A DNA stretch of 64,000 nucleotides from Botryllus schlosseri (Eukaryota). The first letter of the stretch is position 1, and every line of letters starts with the position of its first letter. The DNA is taken from NCBI GenBank assembly GCA_051294905.1, contig CM119376.1, positions 1,984,001 through 2,048,000 on the forward strand. The letters are read 5' to 3'. Shown here piece after piece: positions 1 through 12,908 of this stretch. Below the pieces are notes generated by a model, which worked only from the letters and a program-made list of their open reading frames with translations, was not told the DNA's origin and made no database searches. The position numbers and the translations under genes are program-made.

Positions 1-1473
1 TCAAAAAGTTTCAATTTCTTTTCGCGCCTCGCCCGACTTAGTGCCACTAAATGTCTTGCTAATTGGGGGCACCCGTTCTCAGAAATAGGCTTCGGCGTCA
101 GCCATTACCTCGCCACTACATACTAACACATAATGCAGTGCAGGCTAACATGGGACTCCCAACTGTGTTCCAAAATTTCGGATTTCACTTTGTTGAAAGA
201 AAACCGATAATAAGTCTAACTGTCCATAGGCGCTTAAGTGTGTGGCGCGGATCTCGCTGTCCTGGCAATCTGTACCCACCAAGATAATTGCGATCCCACA
301 GAAAAAAATTATTTGCCAGTGAAGAAATACCAAGTTGGAATCGTGTGCAGCTTTTAGTTTAGTATGCTTGAGCGATTTCAATATCTATTCACTATACAAC
401 AGACAGTAGGTCACGAAATAATGACGTGCAACGAAGTAATTGTAACAGGCCTGCCCGAATATGTTTAATTATTTTATACGTGCCCTAAATTTCCAAGACG
501 ACACTTCACTCAGCTCTACCGGAAAATTTGACACTTCGTCGCAGTGGAATCAAATTGATTTATGTCCAGTTTTCAAATTTTGAAGGTACATTTTTAATAC
601 TTGAAAAAAATCAAGTTTTTGAAAAATATTCATTTTTTTTCGGCCATGTCTTGGCCATGGTTATGTCTGTTTCACTAATTCAAAGTAAATCAGGGCCAAT
701 ATATGGCTGAAAGAAGATGAAAACTTTACGTAAAGACAATTTTCTCTAAATGTGTAAAATGGACATAAGTCACTTTGATTCCACTGCGACGAATCTGAAA
801 GGAAAAGAATATTATAGCAATAGGCCTATATATGCTATCACCGATATTGTTGACCTATTCAGTCATGAATGAAAGAATATTTTCGCTATTGACCAGATTA
901 GGCTACATAAACTTTCTGCTTACACTGAGTAGAATGAATTTGCTCACAAATACTGGCGAAAATATCCATTCAACTGTGGGTTCTGGCGGCGAAGACCCCC
1001 AGAAGTTTGGCTTCTCGCCGTATGAGGCCCAAAACCAACATATTTGGGGTGGCCGACGAAGTGCATTTTCGACCAGGATATTTTGGATGGCTGTTGTCAG
1101 GTGTTTTCGTGCGACCCATTGTATTCGTGGTAGTCAGAGTAGCTACGTAGGTTAGTAATCTATAGCTAAACCCACGGCCTTCGGCGCGAAAAATTGTTTA
1201 CAAACGACTCTCGGCGGTAGAACGTTTATCTGGACAAGGCAATTTTACCTCGACTCGGCAGACTTGCTACCGTAAAATCACATGCATGTCAGCATGAGCA
1301 TAATTAACTAGCATTAAAAGCCTCCAAATGTCATTCTCAGCACCATATACTTGCAAAAGACGGCTACATAATTTACATTTTGGGTTGATTTCAATCTTTG
1401 AAAGGTCACCGGTCCGGCGAATATTTTTAGAAATTTTACAGGTCCGCGAGGTGAAAAAGGTTGAGAACCACTG
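1..1473. mobile_element. Right-hand part of a non-autonomous hAT (Charlie/Buster-like) element; left end not seen in the window
   Basis: Right TIR AAGGTTGAGAACCACTG at 1457-1473 is followed by GTCTACAT (nnnTAnnn-type site). The interior at ~250-500 is similar to ~8070-8300 inside the hAT element at 6481-8690. Confidence 0.55.
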
Positions 1474-2174
1474 GTCTACATCACAATATTTCATCGTACG
1501 CTTCTTGATATAATAACCTTCTCCCACGCAGTCTTGCTTCGGATGGGAAATTGCGGTGCGTTGAGCAGAACACCATGCTAACATAATTGTTTCATTTGAC
1601 CGTTTATTATTCACAATGAGTCTACAACGGTAGCCCTACAAACTAGGCTACAAGCTGAAAATGTCAAATGATAAGTTCATCAATAGCCTATATATAGGAT
1701 ATGGTTCATCGACAGTGCAAACATTTACGATACAAACGAAATGCAGGTGGCTAAAATGTTTTGACTTTGCCAACAATTCTGACAATTTTTTGACCTAACG
1801 CTACAATTTTGAAAAAACGTCGAGTTATTTTGACATGTGATAAAAATTCTACTTGTATTGTAAGGCTGCGTCTCCTACAGTGCATAAGGAGATTCGTGGA
1901 TCGTAGTATAATGAATCTGGTAATCTCTGTACCAAGGCGTGGAATTCAAGTTGCATGGAACGTCAAAGAAACCATTCCTGTCATGCAAATTTTACGGCAG
2001 GCCAAATAGACTTTGAAATCTGCTATTATTCCATAAGATGCTTAATTTGTTTTACGCCTGCCTTGTTTAGAACTTCCCTAATTTTTCGACAGCTTTAATA
2101 GGCCACGTATATAGCCTATACTTCCACCTGCTACCCTGATCATCACGAAGTTTACGAATCACAGTCGAGAGGTC

Positions 2175-2819
2175 ATGACGAGAAAAGGCGAATTCAAGAA
2201 GCATTCGCAATTTCACAGCGATAGCAAAAAACATTCCTGCGAAATATGCGAAAAAGAATTTACTGGCAATGCTGCGGTGAACAGTCACATCAAATTTCAT
2301 GTGGCTACTCCTCCGGAGTGTATATGTGAAATATGCGGAAAAGAATTTACTGCCAAAGCTGGCATGAACAGACACAAGAAAATACATCTGGGTGCTCCTA
2401 AGCATACATGTGAAATATGCGGAAAAGAGTTTCTCTGGAGACAAAATTTAGGACGTCATTTGACAATATTTCATACCGGTTTGAAGAATTTTGTTTGCGA
2501 GATTTGTGACAAAACATTTGCTTACAACAGTAACCTGAAAGAACACATGCATATGAGACATATCGCCGGCCGCAGAGAATATCGATGCGATATATGCGGG
2601 AAGGATTTTCGGACTAACGCCAGCCTTAAAGGATATTTGGAAGTTCACTGTGACGGTAAACATCCGTGCTGGATATGCAATAAGGAATACACCAGAATAA
2701 AATATTTGAGGAGACACCTACAAATACATTACGGAATAAAGATCTTTGTATGCAGTTTCTGCGACATTGCGTTTCCCAATAGTGGGTTGATCAATCAACA
2801 CATGGACATGCCATTCTGA
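2175..2819 (+). CDS. Tandem C2H2 zinc-finger array (about 7 fingers plus a half finger), probably a degenerate exon or pseudogene
   Basis: Repeated CEICGKEF...H..IH motifs. One finger has H>Y (KGYLEVH) and the last lacks its terminal His. A further half finger (GKGYRSTAELRRHIVVH) lies out of frame at ~2830-2882. Confidence 0.8.
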   Translation: MTRKGEFKKHSQFHSDSKKHSCEICEKEFTGNAAVNSHIKFHVATPPECICEICGKEFTAKAGMNRHKKIHLGAPKHTCEICGKEFLWRQNLGRHLTIFHTGLKNFVCEICDKTFAYNSNLKEHMHMRHIAGRREYRCDICGKDFRTNASLKGYLEVHCDGKHPCWICNKEYTRIKYLRRHLQIHYGIKIFVCSFCDIAFPNSGLINQHMDMPF

Positions 2820-2981
2820 TCATCTACCCGGGAAAGGGTATCGTTCAACAGCTGAACTCAGAAGACATATCGTAGTTCACTGCAGGTTGGTTGGTTGAAT
2901 AAGGAAAATTGGTGCACCGACTACGAAGTCATTTCGCACCATGACTCAAGGACCCATAATAAAGTCCACGTTGACAAGCAA

Positions 2982-3815
2982 TCAGATGACTCGCCCGGTG
3001 GCATTTACAAATTCCACTACTTTTATAAACATTCTGGGATCAGATAGTAAATTGTCCAGTACAAAACATATGCCTAATTGGTCGGCGGCTCTTTTAAGTG
3101 AAGTTCGGTGGACGTCGTATCTGCTGCACTGATGGATCAAAAATTGTCCGACCGATTCCTCCGAGTAACAAATTTCACATAGTCCATCATCATGGCACCC
3201 AATACAGTACAGGTGTCCGTTGAGTTTGCAATGGCCTGTCTGGAGTCTAAATAGCGTTGTACTATATTGTTTATCCAGCTTATCCATTTCCTTGGGGCTT
3301 TCTTTGTCTTCGGTGAAGCGTCGATAGTGCAAACCAGTCGCTGCCGCATTGAACTCGGAGGTCCACCACCTTTCGGATTGCTCGTTTATGATAGTCTTGC
3401 ATTCCGATAGTGTTATTTCCAGACATTCTTCGTCGTTGACTCCTGCTTCGCCCACGGCGGCCTCCTTTGCGAGGGTGTCTGCGACGTGATTGAAGCCGAC
3501 GCCTTCGTGACCTGGAATCCATATAAAAGCAATATTAATCTCTCTTTTCAAGAGATCTAAGCATACATCGCATATTTTGGAAATTAAATGATGAGTCGAG
3601 GAACGGTGCTGTATCGCGTCCAAAGCGCTTAGACTATCCGAAAGAATGGCTATACTATTATGACTTGGCGGCTCGCATTGTCCGGAAACCCATTCCAGAG
3701 CTTTGTAGATCGCGAACAACTCTGCTGTAAATATAGATGTTGTTTTGGGGATTCGAAATTTCGAGGAGATGTTCAAAAGATTGACATGAAAACTACTACC
3801 ACATCCGCTGTCCAT
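2982..3815 (-). pseudogene. LINE ORF2 C-terminus: RNase H domain and CCHC-like tail
   Basis: SIFTAELFAI, ILSDSLSAL and FIWIPGHEGVGFNHVAD RNase H motifs; RLQTGHCKLNGHL...CEIC tail. Confidence 0.9.
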
Positions 3816-3818
3816 TTT

Positions 3819-5644
3819 TTAGCCATCAGTATATATTTTTAAATATAAGTCATAGTTGGTTTCTACGTAGTCTTGACACTCACGTCCGAACGGTGAGTTA
3901 GGATGATGATAAGTCAAACTTCGGAGACATGTATCAACTTTTGCCGGTAGGTCAATCCATGGCGGAAGGGAAATTGGGCTGGAAACCGCAATGTCAAGTC
4001 CCCTTATGCTTGATATTTGAGTGTACATATTAAAAGTGGTAAACTTGATCGAATCTGGGAAAATTTCGTGCCAAGAGTTCTCGCATAGTGTTCGACATGG
4101 ATGTGCTGGGTGAGATCGGACGTAGCACTTGTATATTAAGCAAGCTCTGCGGTGGCGAATGTGAATCGGTAATTCATTCGTTGTATGTTGGAGTGTACAA
4201 ATCGGGGTGCTTTTCATTGCCCCGCAACAAATTCTCAAGGCGGCGTTTTGTATCCACTGGATACGGTTTGAATTGTATTTTGGGCTAAACATATATGCCT
4301 CAAAGCCATACTCGATCACTGACCTTATAAGTACTCTATAAATCGTTAATAACATTCCTTGGACGCTCCCCAAAAGGTGCCACCTAGGAATCGCAGCAAA
4401 TTCAATCGCGCAACTCATTTCTCTGCAACTACATTGGTGTGCGCTTTATAGGATAATCGTTTATCGAATACGACCCCAAGATATTTAAATTCATTGCTGA
4501 GAGGCACGGTTATCCCATCTATTTTCAGTCGGATATCTGGTAATTTACGTTTTTTGGTGAATATGATAGAGGAGCATTTATTTGCATTTATTCGAAATCC
4601 CCATTGTTTACACCAATCTGACAATTTCTCCAATGACGCCTGGAGTGAATTGGCAACGTGTTCGATATTGAGACCAGTCTCCCACAAACATATATCATCT
4701 GCGAATATATTGATGCTTGATTCAATTTGATCAGGCAGATCGTTCATCATGAGGTTGTGCATGACCGGGCTTAAAACGCTGCCCTGAGGGAGACCGTTTT
4801 CTAGCGGAAATATGTCTGAGTAAGAAGACCCCACGCGAACCTGAAATTTTCTATCTGATAAGAACGACCTCAACCAGTCTAGTACGTTTCCTCGCAAACA
4901 CTGACAGTGTCGCTTGTGGATTAGTCGATTTATCCATACCATGTCATACGCTTTCTCTAAGTCTATGAACACAGCTATTGCTGATCGCTGGTTCCATATG
5001 GACTTGTAGACATCGCCATGTAGACTCATGATACAATCTTTTGCTGAACGTCTACTTCGAAACCCGCTGGGCGCGGGATGGGAGTATTTTTTTTTGCCAT
5101 CGAGCCACCATTTCAATCTATTATTGATCATTCGTTCGACACTCTTACATAAATTGCTCGTGAGGGAAATGGGCCTGTACGAGGAAACGGATTCTTTCGG
5201 TTTACCAGGCTTGGGAATTGGTACAACGATAGCGTGCTTCCAAGATTGTGAGCATTTGCCGGTTCTCCACGTTTCGTTTATGATGCCGATCAGTACGGAT
5301 AAGCAATCTTCAGGCAGGTTTGCAAGCATTTGCTGACATACTCTGTCGATACCAGGGGCTGTGCTCTTTCGTGTTTTGAGAACATTCTTCAGTTCGACCA
5401 TTGTGAATTCTGAATTGATATCGACCGGTGACAAGCTACTTTGCACTGCAGCCGTTGCTTCGTTGTCGCGGAAGGATTTCTCAATCGAGAGGCATTGGTT
5501 TCGAAATGTCGGATCGTAGTTTTCATCGCTGCTAACAGAGCGAAATTGATTTGCTAGGGTGTTTGCGATATTCATGTCTCCTGTAACTGTAGCTCCGTTG
5601 TGCGACAACACGCTGATATGACTCCAGGTTGTGTAACCATTCAT
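3819..5644 (-). pseudogene. LINE ORF2 reverse transcriptase and connection region (frameshifted)
   Basis: APGID, SYRPISL, QSGF-like PSGFR, FIDLEKAYD, GLPQGSVLSP, FADD, YLGV; then YRVLIRSVIEYG. Confidence 0.93.
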
Positions 5645-5698
5645 AGATTTGGCTATTCTCCATACTTTGGATAGTTTGCAATTTTTATCAGGGGAGAA

Positions 5699-6472
5699 TT
5701 ACCGCCAAAATGTTTTCTTAGTCTCCAATATTGTTTTTCTGGCCTCTGCCCTGCGCCTTTTGAATAAGATTATTGCGTCTTCCCGGAATGTGAGCTTCAT
5801 TTTTTTGAAGGCAGCTTTCTTCAACCTGTTTGCCCGTGAGCAGGCATCGTTCCACCACGGCATCATGGGCTTCTTCCGGGGCTTTGTTGTCGGGATACAG
5901 ATTGCGGCTGTGGAGATGAGTATTCTGGTGAAATCTTCCACCGTCAGCGAGTTCTGGGCTGATCCTTCAATTTCTTGGTTGCACAGAACGGCGAATTTTT
6001 GCCAGTTTGCACGTTTCAGAGCCCACGATTCAACATGACATTCAGGGGTCCGGTCGGTAGTTGTGTCGATTTTATTAATGATGATATAATGATCGCTGCC
6101 CAGCAGGCTGTCAGTGACCGTAGTAGAAATTCGGTGGGCAATGTCGGGAGTGGCCAGCGTCAGGTCAAGTATGCTATGCCGTTGCGTCGCGTTGAGGGAA
6201 AAGTTCACTCGGGTTGGGACGTCTGTGTTCAGCGCAACCAAATCAAAACGATCCATCGCCGGGTTGAGGTGACGACAGTAAGAATTTGTGCGAATGCTCA
6301 TTAACATCGGATGATGAGCGTTGAAATCACCCAGATAAATGCATTTATTACTGTGTTGGGCGAAGATACGATAGAATAAATCTCGTGACATAGTTCTTCC
6401 TGGGGGTACGTAAACGTTGTATATGCGTGTCCCTTCTACCTCTATTGCTAACACTTCAATTGGCGAGAAACT
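5699..6472 (-). pseudogene. LINE ORF2 APE endonuclease, distal part
   Basis: NVYVPP, YLGDFNAHH, SILDLTLAT, GSDHY motifs. Confidence 0.9.
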
Positions 6473-6480
6473 GTTTAGAG

Positions 6481-8690
6481 CAGTGGTTCTTAACCTTGCC
6501 TCCAGCGCCCCCCAAGGGGCGCTGGCGATTTTGAAGGGGGCGGAAACGCTCAGGGGGCGATATGGGGGGCGCTGGGCTCAAGGGGGCGATATGGGGGGCG
6601 CTGAAGAAAAAATGGCTTCGCAGTAGATGATATGGGGTAGTAGGACATACCTTAATGATTATTCAGAGCAAATTACCATTCCACAAAACATGTAAAATTC
6701 CGAAATTTTTGGTCGCGCTGCGCAGTGATGTTTGCTACATATGTTTCCATAAATGTAATGTAGTGGGTTATTATAATAATTCAGGTAAAACGAATTGCAC
6801 GTACTTTTAGATCGCCAATTTCCCGTTAAAACACTGCCGTCACAGTTGCCAGGGTTGTCAGAGCAGATGTAGGCATCTCATTCTCAGTTGACTTACTAAT
6901 TGTTACACAAAGCACTAAGACAAAATACAATACCAATAATTTCCCCGTATTGCCAATCGCAAATGTGAATTTGGGATGGTTCGAACCACAACCTTGATTT
7001 GACCCTGAGTATACCACACACAATTATTATATGGTTTATTATAGTCGAATGGTCCTCGAACGCGATTAAAGCGCGAAATATTTCCAATACCAAAGTCCCG
7101 AAAAGCAGGGTTGTAACTGTAACCAACTCATAAATCTCCGAGTCACAAGTCAATCTCACTTTTATAGTTTTGACTCGAGTCAAGTCGAGTCATTTTCAAT
7201 TCACCACCGAGTCAAGTCCGAGTGCAAGTCATCGAGCAGAGGTTCGAGTCCGAGTCATAGTATAATGACTCGAGTCTGAGTCCACGTCATTGTGTTGACT
7301 GCTCAGTTTCCAGTTGAAGTCTTGTTCAACCCACTTTTATAACTCTGTGTGGTGATATCGAATGATTCGCATATATAAAATAATAATTTTCCTCACTTTT
7401 AACAGTTTCTGGTCGCATTTTCAAGTAACAGTACCAATAGACGAAATCCTAATAGGGTGGTTACTTTACTGTTCCTCGAAATTACAATGAAATATCGGTC
7501 TTGACCGTCTGAATCTCGAATCATATGACTTGGTTCGATTCATGCGCGATGACTCGAGTCCAAGTCGAGTCAATACACATATTGACTCGAGTCGAGTCGA
7601 GTCGAGTCATTTCCGTATTTTGAGAAAATGACTCGAGTCAAGTCGAGTCATCAGAAAATCGTGACTAGAGTCTGACTCGAGTCATTACAACCCTGCCGAA
7701 AATACCGACTGGACTTTGACCTCTTACCAGCACCGAAACTGCTGCAACCCAAACCCCCAATCGGTGAGCTCGAAGGGTGCCCTAAATATTTTCGGTGTAT
7801 GAGCATAACTTACACATCATGTTTTAACGACTCCCCCAGGGAATAATACTCATAATTATAGAAAATAAAAATTGGCATTTTGGCGTCGGCCATTACCACG
7901 CCACGATGCACGAAGACATATGAAGTTCCGGTCAGTATGTGACTCCGAGAAGTGTGTCAGAAAGATCGTCAGCAAGAAAGCCTTAGCCGAAAAGGATTGC
8001 CCTTATATTGACCGTGAACTTCGATGTATAGAAGTCTAATTGTGTATAAGTGCATAAATCGCTCGTGCCCGATTTTCATGTCGTCACAATCTGCACCCCA
8101 CAGGACAAATAACATCCATCAGAGAAAATTATTTGCCAGTGAAGAAATACCAATCTTGAATCGTGTGCTTACTTTAGTTTATCACGTTCATGCGTTTCAA
8201 TATCTTTTGACTATATAGCGGACAAGAGATAACAAATACCAACATGTATCGAATTAATTGTACCACCGGGCACGCCCGAATATGTTCAAATATTAATGAC
8301 GTGGCCTTCATTTCCAATACAACAGCTCACTCAGCGCTACTGGTAAATCTGATTACGCGAGCTGAGAGGATAAAGTTTATAGCGACATATATATGCAATT
8401 ACCACCTATTTATTCATGCATTATAGAAAATTGTGGCGCCTACGCCGACCAGGTCACACAAACTTTGCTGACCATCGAAATCACGCGACGGGGTTCTTGG
8501 GGCAAAGTCCTCAGAAATTTGATTTATCACGCTATGGGTGCGCAAGACAATCGTTTTTTTAGGGGCTGACGAAGTGCTGTTACGGCCCTCCCTCTTACCC
8601 ATTGTCTTTATTACAGTATGAGGTGGGGGGCGCTGGAGCACGATAATTTTTGAAAGGGGGCGCTGGAGAAAAAAAGGTTAAGAACCACTG
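6481..8690. mobile_element. Non-autonomous hAT (Buster/Charlie-type) element inserted in the LINE endonuclease
   Basis: 17-bp perfect TIR CAGTGGTTCTTAACCTT (6481-6497 / 8674-8690). Exact 8-bp TSD GTTTAGAG (6473-6480, 8691-8698). GGGGGCGCT subterminal repeats at both ends. Confidence 0.93.
7106..7695. mobile_element. hAT-type MITE rich in GAGTC/GACTC subterminal repeats, nested in the 6481-8690 element
   Basis: TIR CAGGGTTGTAA (7106-7116 / 7685-7695); TSD CCGAAAAG/CCGAAAAT (7/8); related copy at 62070-62504. Confidence 0.85.
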
Positions 8691-8698
8691 GTTTAGAG

Positions 8699-8903
8699 GA
8701 ATTTCAATTGGCGAGAAACCGTGGAGAGGAGGAATTTCAACGAATTTAATCATATTGCTGATGAAGAAGCACACATCTCCACCATTAACGTCTCTATCTT
8801 TTCTTACGAGGGACGAGTAGCCATGTATAACAGGCACGTATTTGGATAGTAGGTGAGATTCTTGGATGGCTATAATGTCGGGTTTCACAACCGAGTTTGT
8901 CAA
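8699..8903 (-). pseudogene. LINE ORF2 APE endonuclease, N-terminal part
   Basis: KPDIIAIQESHL and GGDVCFFI motifs. It joins in frame with 5699-6472 once the hAT element and one TSD are removed. Confidence 0.85.
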
Positions 8904-8970
8904 AAGTGTTTCAATTCGTGTAGCTTGTGGTATATATCAAGACAGTTCCATTGAAAAATGGATAAAGGTA

Positions 8971-10221
8971 TCATGAAGGCAGCGATTTATTTCCCGGAGA
9001 ATGTTCGTCGACTATATTGTGAGGTGGAAGAGAATCGTGGTGCGTCGCTTTCGTAAGATCCAACGCGCCATCGGGTTGCGATTGTGTGGTGGGAAACCTA
9101 GTCAATTCTGAAGTGGGGAATCCGAAAATCCCTTCTGCTGATTTAGCCACTATTGCCTCTATGTCGAGTTGTTTACCTTGATTGAAATCAAGTAAAGTAT
9201 TCTTCATAACATCCGCGATGAATTTGAAGAAGCTAGTTTTTGATATAGTGATCGTGTCGGATTGTATTGTGGCATGGTCGGTCGCATGCATGTTGAGAGT
9301 GCCGCAGCTGGAAGTATCGTTTGATCCGCATAATCTGGGAGGTTATTGCTAGGCAATGGAGGAAATTCCTGTGGAGAGTGTATGTTTACTGTGGCCGTTC
9401 GCGTCTGTATCATCTTATTCGCCTCCCAATAATTAACCTTTTCGTTCGCCATAATGACATTGACTTGTACCTCATGTCTGTAACGACTGCATCCTGTGTA
9501 GCCCGCCGAGTGTGCTTCCGCAATTTACGCAGCGGGGTGCATTCTGACATGCCGAGTACTGATGTCTACCACCACATTTAGTGCATCGTTGTGTACTTCT
9601 ACAGTGTTTTGCCCGGTGACCGAATCGGCTGCATTTGAAACATCTAACTGGAAGTGGCTTATAGATTCTCGTGCGAAATCGCAAGAATCCTATCTGAACG
9701 ACCGTTGGCAGTATTGTCGATGCAAAGCAAAGTAGAACCGAGTGGCGCGGGTTAAGTCCAGTACTCGAACGATATTTGAAGCGTCTCACAAACGTGATTT
9801 GGTGATCCATCAATGATTGCTTAATTTCTTCGTCTGACAGATCAAGAGGGACATCTGTAATTACACCCCTAGTCTCTTGCTGACGCGTGACAAACAACTC
9901 TGCTCGTACTTCTATTGGCGCTTTAGAGTCCCCTGGATTGTTGCAAGCAAGCAACTTTGCAAACTGACTTTGATTCACGCATTTGACACATAAGTCTCCT
10001 AAAGGGAGCACTCGCACATCTTCATAAGATCCCCCGATTGTCGCTCGTAAGTTGCGGTTTATTGTTATAGGATTATATTGGCGAATTGACTTGTTAATGC
10101 CTTTTATCACTACGGACTGGTTTGGCTGTGGACAATAATCTTCTGGCGGTTTATCCTTAGACGAAGGGCCGACTAGTTCGCTATCCGCGCTGCACTTTGT
10201 TGACGACGCTCCCCCCGACAT
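8971..10221 (-). pseudogene. LINE ORF1 (gag-like, CCHC zinc knuckles), frameshifted
   Basis: PVRCFKCSRFGHRAKHC, RCTKCGGRHQYSAC and RCVNCG knuckles typical of I-group ORF1; continues in 9204-9452 and 8971-9291. Confidence 0.88.
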
Positions 10222-10307
10222 CGGGCGGATGGTATTGCTGCCCCACTACACTATCGAAGGATGATATCTCTATGTAACTTGACAAAGCATTCGGCGACAC
10301 ACTACGA

Positions 10308-10373
10308 CAGTGGTTCTCAATTTTTTCGGCTTACGGCACCTGCAGCTACCAGAATACTTAGCAGCACCCACAG
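10308..10373. mobile_element. Left end of a hAT MITE (CAGTGGTTCTCAA); right end not identified
   Basis: The terminal motif matches the family at 1473 and 6481. It is interrupted by the 10374-11911 element. Confidence 0.5.
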
Positions 10374-11911
10374 CAGTGGCGGCTCGTGACAATATCGGGT
10401 GGTGGGGCAAGGGCTGCGAGCGACTTTTATCAACATGACGTCACAATGGCGTTTTCCAACGTAAAAAAGTAACTTTAATATGATGGTCAGATGAATTTCC
10501 CGACAACAGTGATTTTAACGTAGGTGCCGCGAGAGGTTTGCCGGTGAGCCGTGACTTGAAGTGTGGTAACAAATGTTTTATTCATTTTTTTTTTAATCAA
10601 AGGAATATTTCACATAATGTACGTGAACTAAGAATCGTCCCTATGCCACGAATCAATTATCAGGTCATCCTTAGTAGCATGCGTTATGATTTCATGGTAG
10701 AGTTAGAGATTACGCAAATCGATAGGCCGTCCGAAAGTGTTTCGTACACGATCCTGGTGTGTTACGACCACTGAGCTGGTGGTTACGAGTTACGACCAGG
10801 TGATAGGCAACCAAAGCGGAGGTACCCGGCGTACGATTGGATCAATGGACTGGACAATTTCTATCATCATCATCATTGGTTTATCAGCAATTTTATCAGT
10901 TCAATACACCACAAAAATGCGATACAATGAAAAGACAGGAATATGTCGAAGCGACAAGGAGTAGTCTTCTAGACCTTTAATTTTCGCTCTAAAGGCAACT
11001 GCGTAAACTAGCCTACGTACGGAGCAAAGATTCAATACGATTCATGTTCGCACTTGACTTGACCAGACTAATTCCAATGACTAGAACTCGAGCGATTGCG
11101 TAAGCCTAACTGCAAAGGTCAACGACTTCGGACACATACGCAATTGTTATCTCATAGATTGGGCCTGTCATATTGAATCCAAAACATCAATTTGAATGGT
11201 CTTTGAAGAACTAAGGACAGCAGCCTCGGAACTTCGGTCTCGGAACAACATAGTACATTTTGGCCTTGAAACTGGAGATTGTGACGCAACACATACGGAT
11301 TACTGTCTGCTGCCAAATCGCCGTTGGAAAATATATTAATCAATAAATACATGAATGAAAGCCGTAAACTTAGCATACTGTTACATGAAATCATCGAGAA
11401 GTAGCATTCGCAATCGACATATCGTACCAAGTTTCAAGAATTATCATGGTGCGAAACACCGTCAAAATCGACATATACCAGCAAAGGTCGAGTCAACGCA
11501 TATCACGGTAACCGAGTTCAGATATAGATGCGATTGTTATATCACACCTTAAGGGCGACAGGCATAGTTGCCCCACTTGCTCGGCCATTTTACGAATAGG
11601 AGAGAGTAAATCACCGTTTCTTTATTGTGCGCGGCTTTGAGAGAATAGATAGTGAAAGCTTGTTATGAGCGCTACCGGGGCAAGCCCCGGCTAGGCATTC
11701 ACAAAGCGAAAACACAGAAGAGAATTCGATTTTCGCAGAGACTTCGCTATGTATGTTAGGCATTTGTTAGCGAAAGCACAAGAATAATGCGGGTTTCGCC
11801 GTGATCTCGGTATATACTGATTGCTGTGCGTCTATAAATGGTTAAATTGTTATTGAACAGAATTTTAGGTGGGGCAATGCCCCAGTTGCCCTATAGGACG
11901 AGCCGCCACTG
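10374..11911. mobile_element. Non-autonomous hAT element
   Basis: TIR CAGTGGCGGCTCGT at both ends; exact 8-bp TSD ACCCACAG (10366-10373, 11912-11919). The interior is homologous (inverted) to 54923-55233, 58514-58650 and ~60790-61110. Confidence 0.9.
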
Positions 11912-12908
11912 ACCCACAGTTGTGCCCTTTCGGAGCACTCAAGTAGGCTTTAGTCGGCTTCAAAGAAAAAATTACTGTGTCTTCTATATCTGTGGACATG
12001 TCACAAATACGTTTACGAATGGTATCATTTCTCCCCGAACATTTTTTACAATTCTAGTGCAAGCCAGAAGAATAACTTCCTACGCTTCAGTATGTATGTA
12101 TCTGTGTAGTCTCCATATACTCACGGCGGTGCAGTCCTTTTGACTTACCATACAGTGTTGGAGGCGGCTGCCGTAACACTGCCATTCTCTTCGATCAGCC
12201 AATAACAGGAACGACCTGAAATAAAAAGAACACAGATAGAGAATACAAATAGAACTAAAACAAGCCAAGATATAAAACAGCAGAGCAGAATACAACTGCC
12301 CAGGAAAACCGTAGCGTACTTTGCCTATAAACGACGCTGCAGAAAAACCGGCACATACAGACAACTGTGAGTGTTGGAAACAACGCTACAAATAGATATT
12401 AAACCAAAAGGAACACCAGATAGAGGGCTGTTCAGTGCTGTAGCGAAAAAAGCCGGACTTTTGACACAACAGCCGCCACCGGTCGGTGTGTAAGCAGCGG
12501 AAAGCAGTACCGATACTGCAAATTTGAAACTTTGGATTTTCTTGACATAAAAGGTATTGGTGGATAGATGATTGAATAACTAAGACAGTTTCAAGTAAAT
12601 TAAATACAAAAAGTTCACTATAAGATCATTTATAGCCAAAAATCAGCAAAATTAAACAATTGTCAACAGCGATTGGATATACCATTGTCTGGAGGCGACG
12701 CGACAATTGAGATCCAAGTTTCGATTGTTTTGTCGCAAGTCGGACAATTGACAAGCTTGTGTGTCAGAGCCTCGGTCAAAGGCGAAAAACAGAAGAAATT
12801 CGCTAAACCAAGCGATTAGAACCGGTATTAGACCGGCCAGAATACAACAAAAGAGCTGTGTGCTCGCAATCAAATAGAGCTAAGTGCTCGATATCTAACA
12901 AATAAGCT

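Larger units (their letters stand above)
2885..10307 (-). mobile_element. I/Nimb-group non-LTR retrotransposon (ORF1 + APE-RT-RNase H), inactivated and interrupted by a hAT insertion
   Basis: Colinear ORF1, APE, RT and RNase H fragments on the minus strand. The 3' tail is (CAAC)3, seen as GGTTGGTTGGTTG at 2885-2897. The 5' end is approximate. Confidence 0.9.

Noticed and set aside
12140-12427. A-rich stretch with a CAGTGTT..AACACTG hairpin, possibly another Tx1 3' end extending the train
   Set aside because: No coding remnant, and it could equally be the interior of the MITE starting at 10308.
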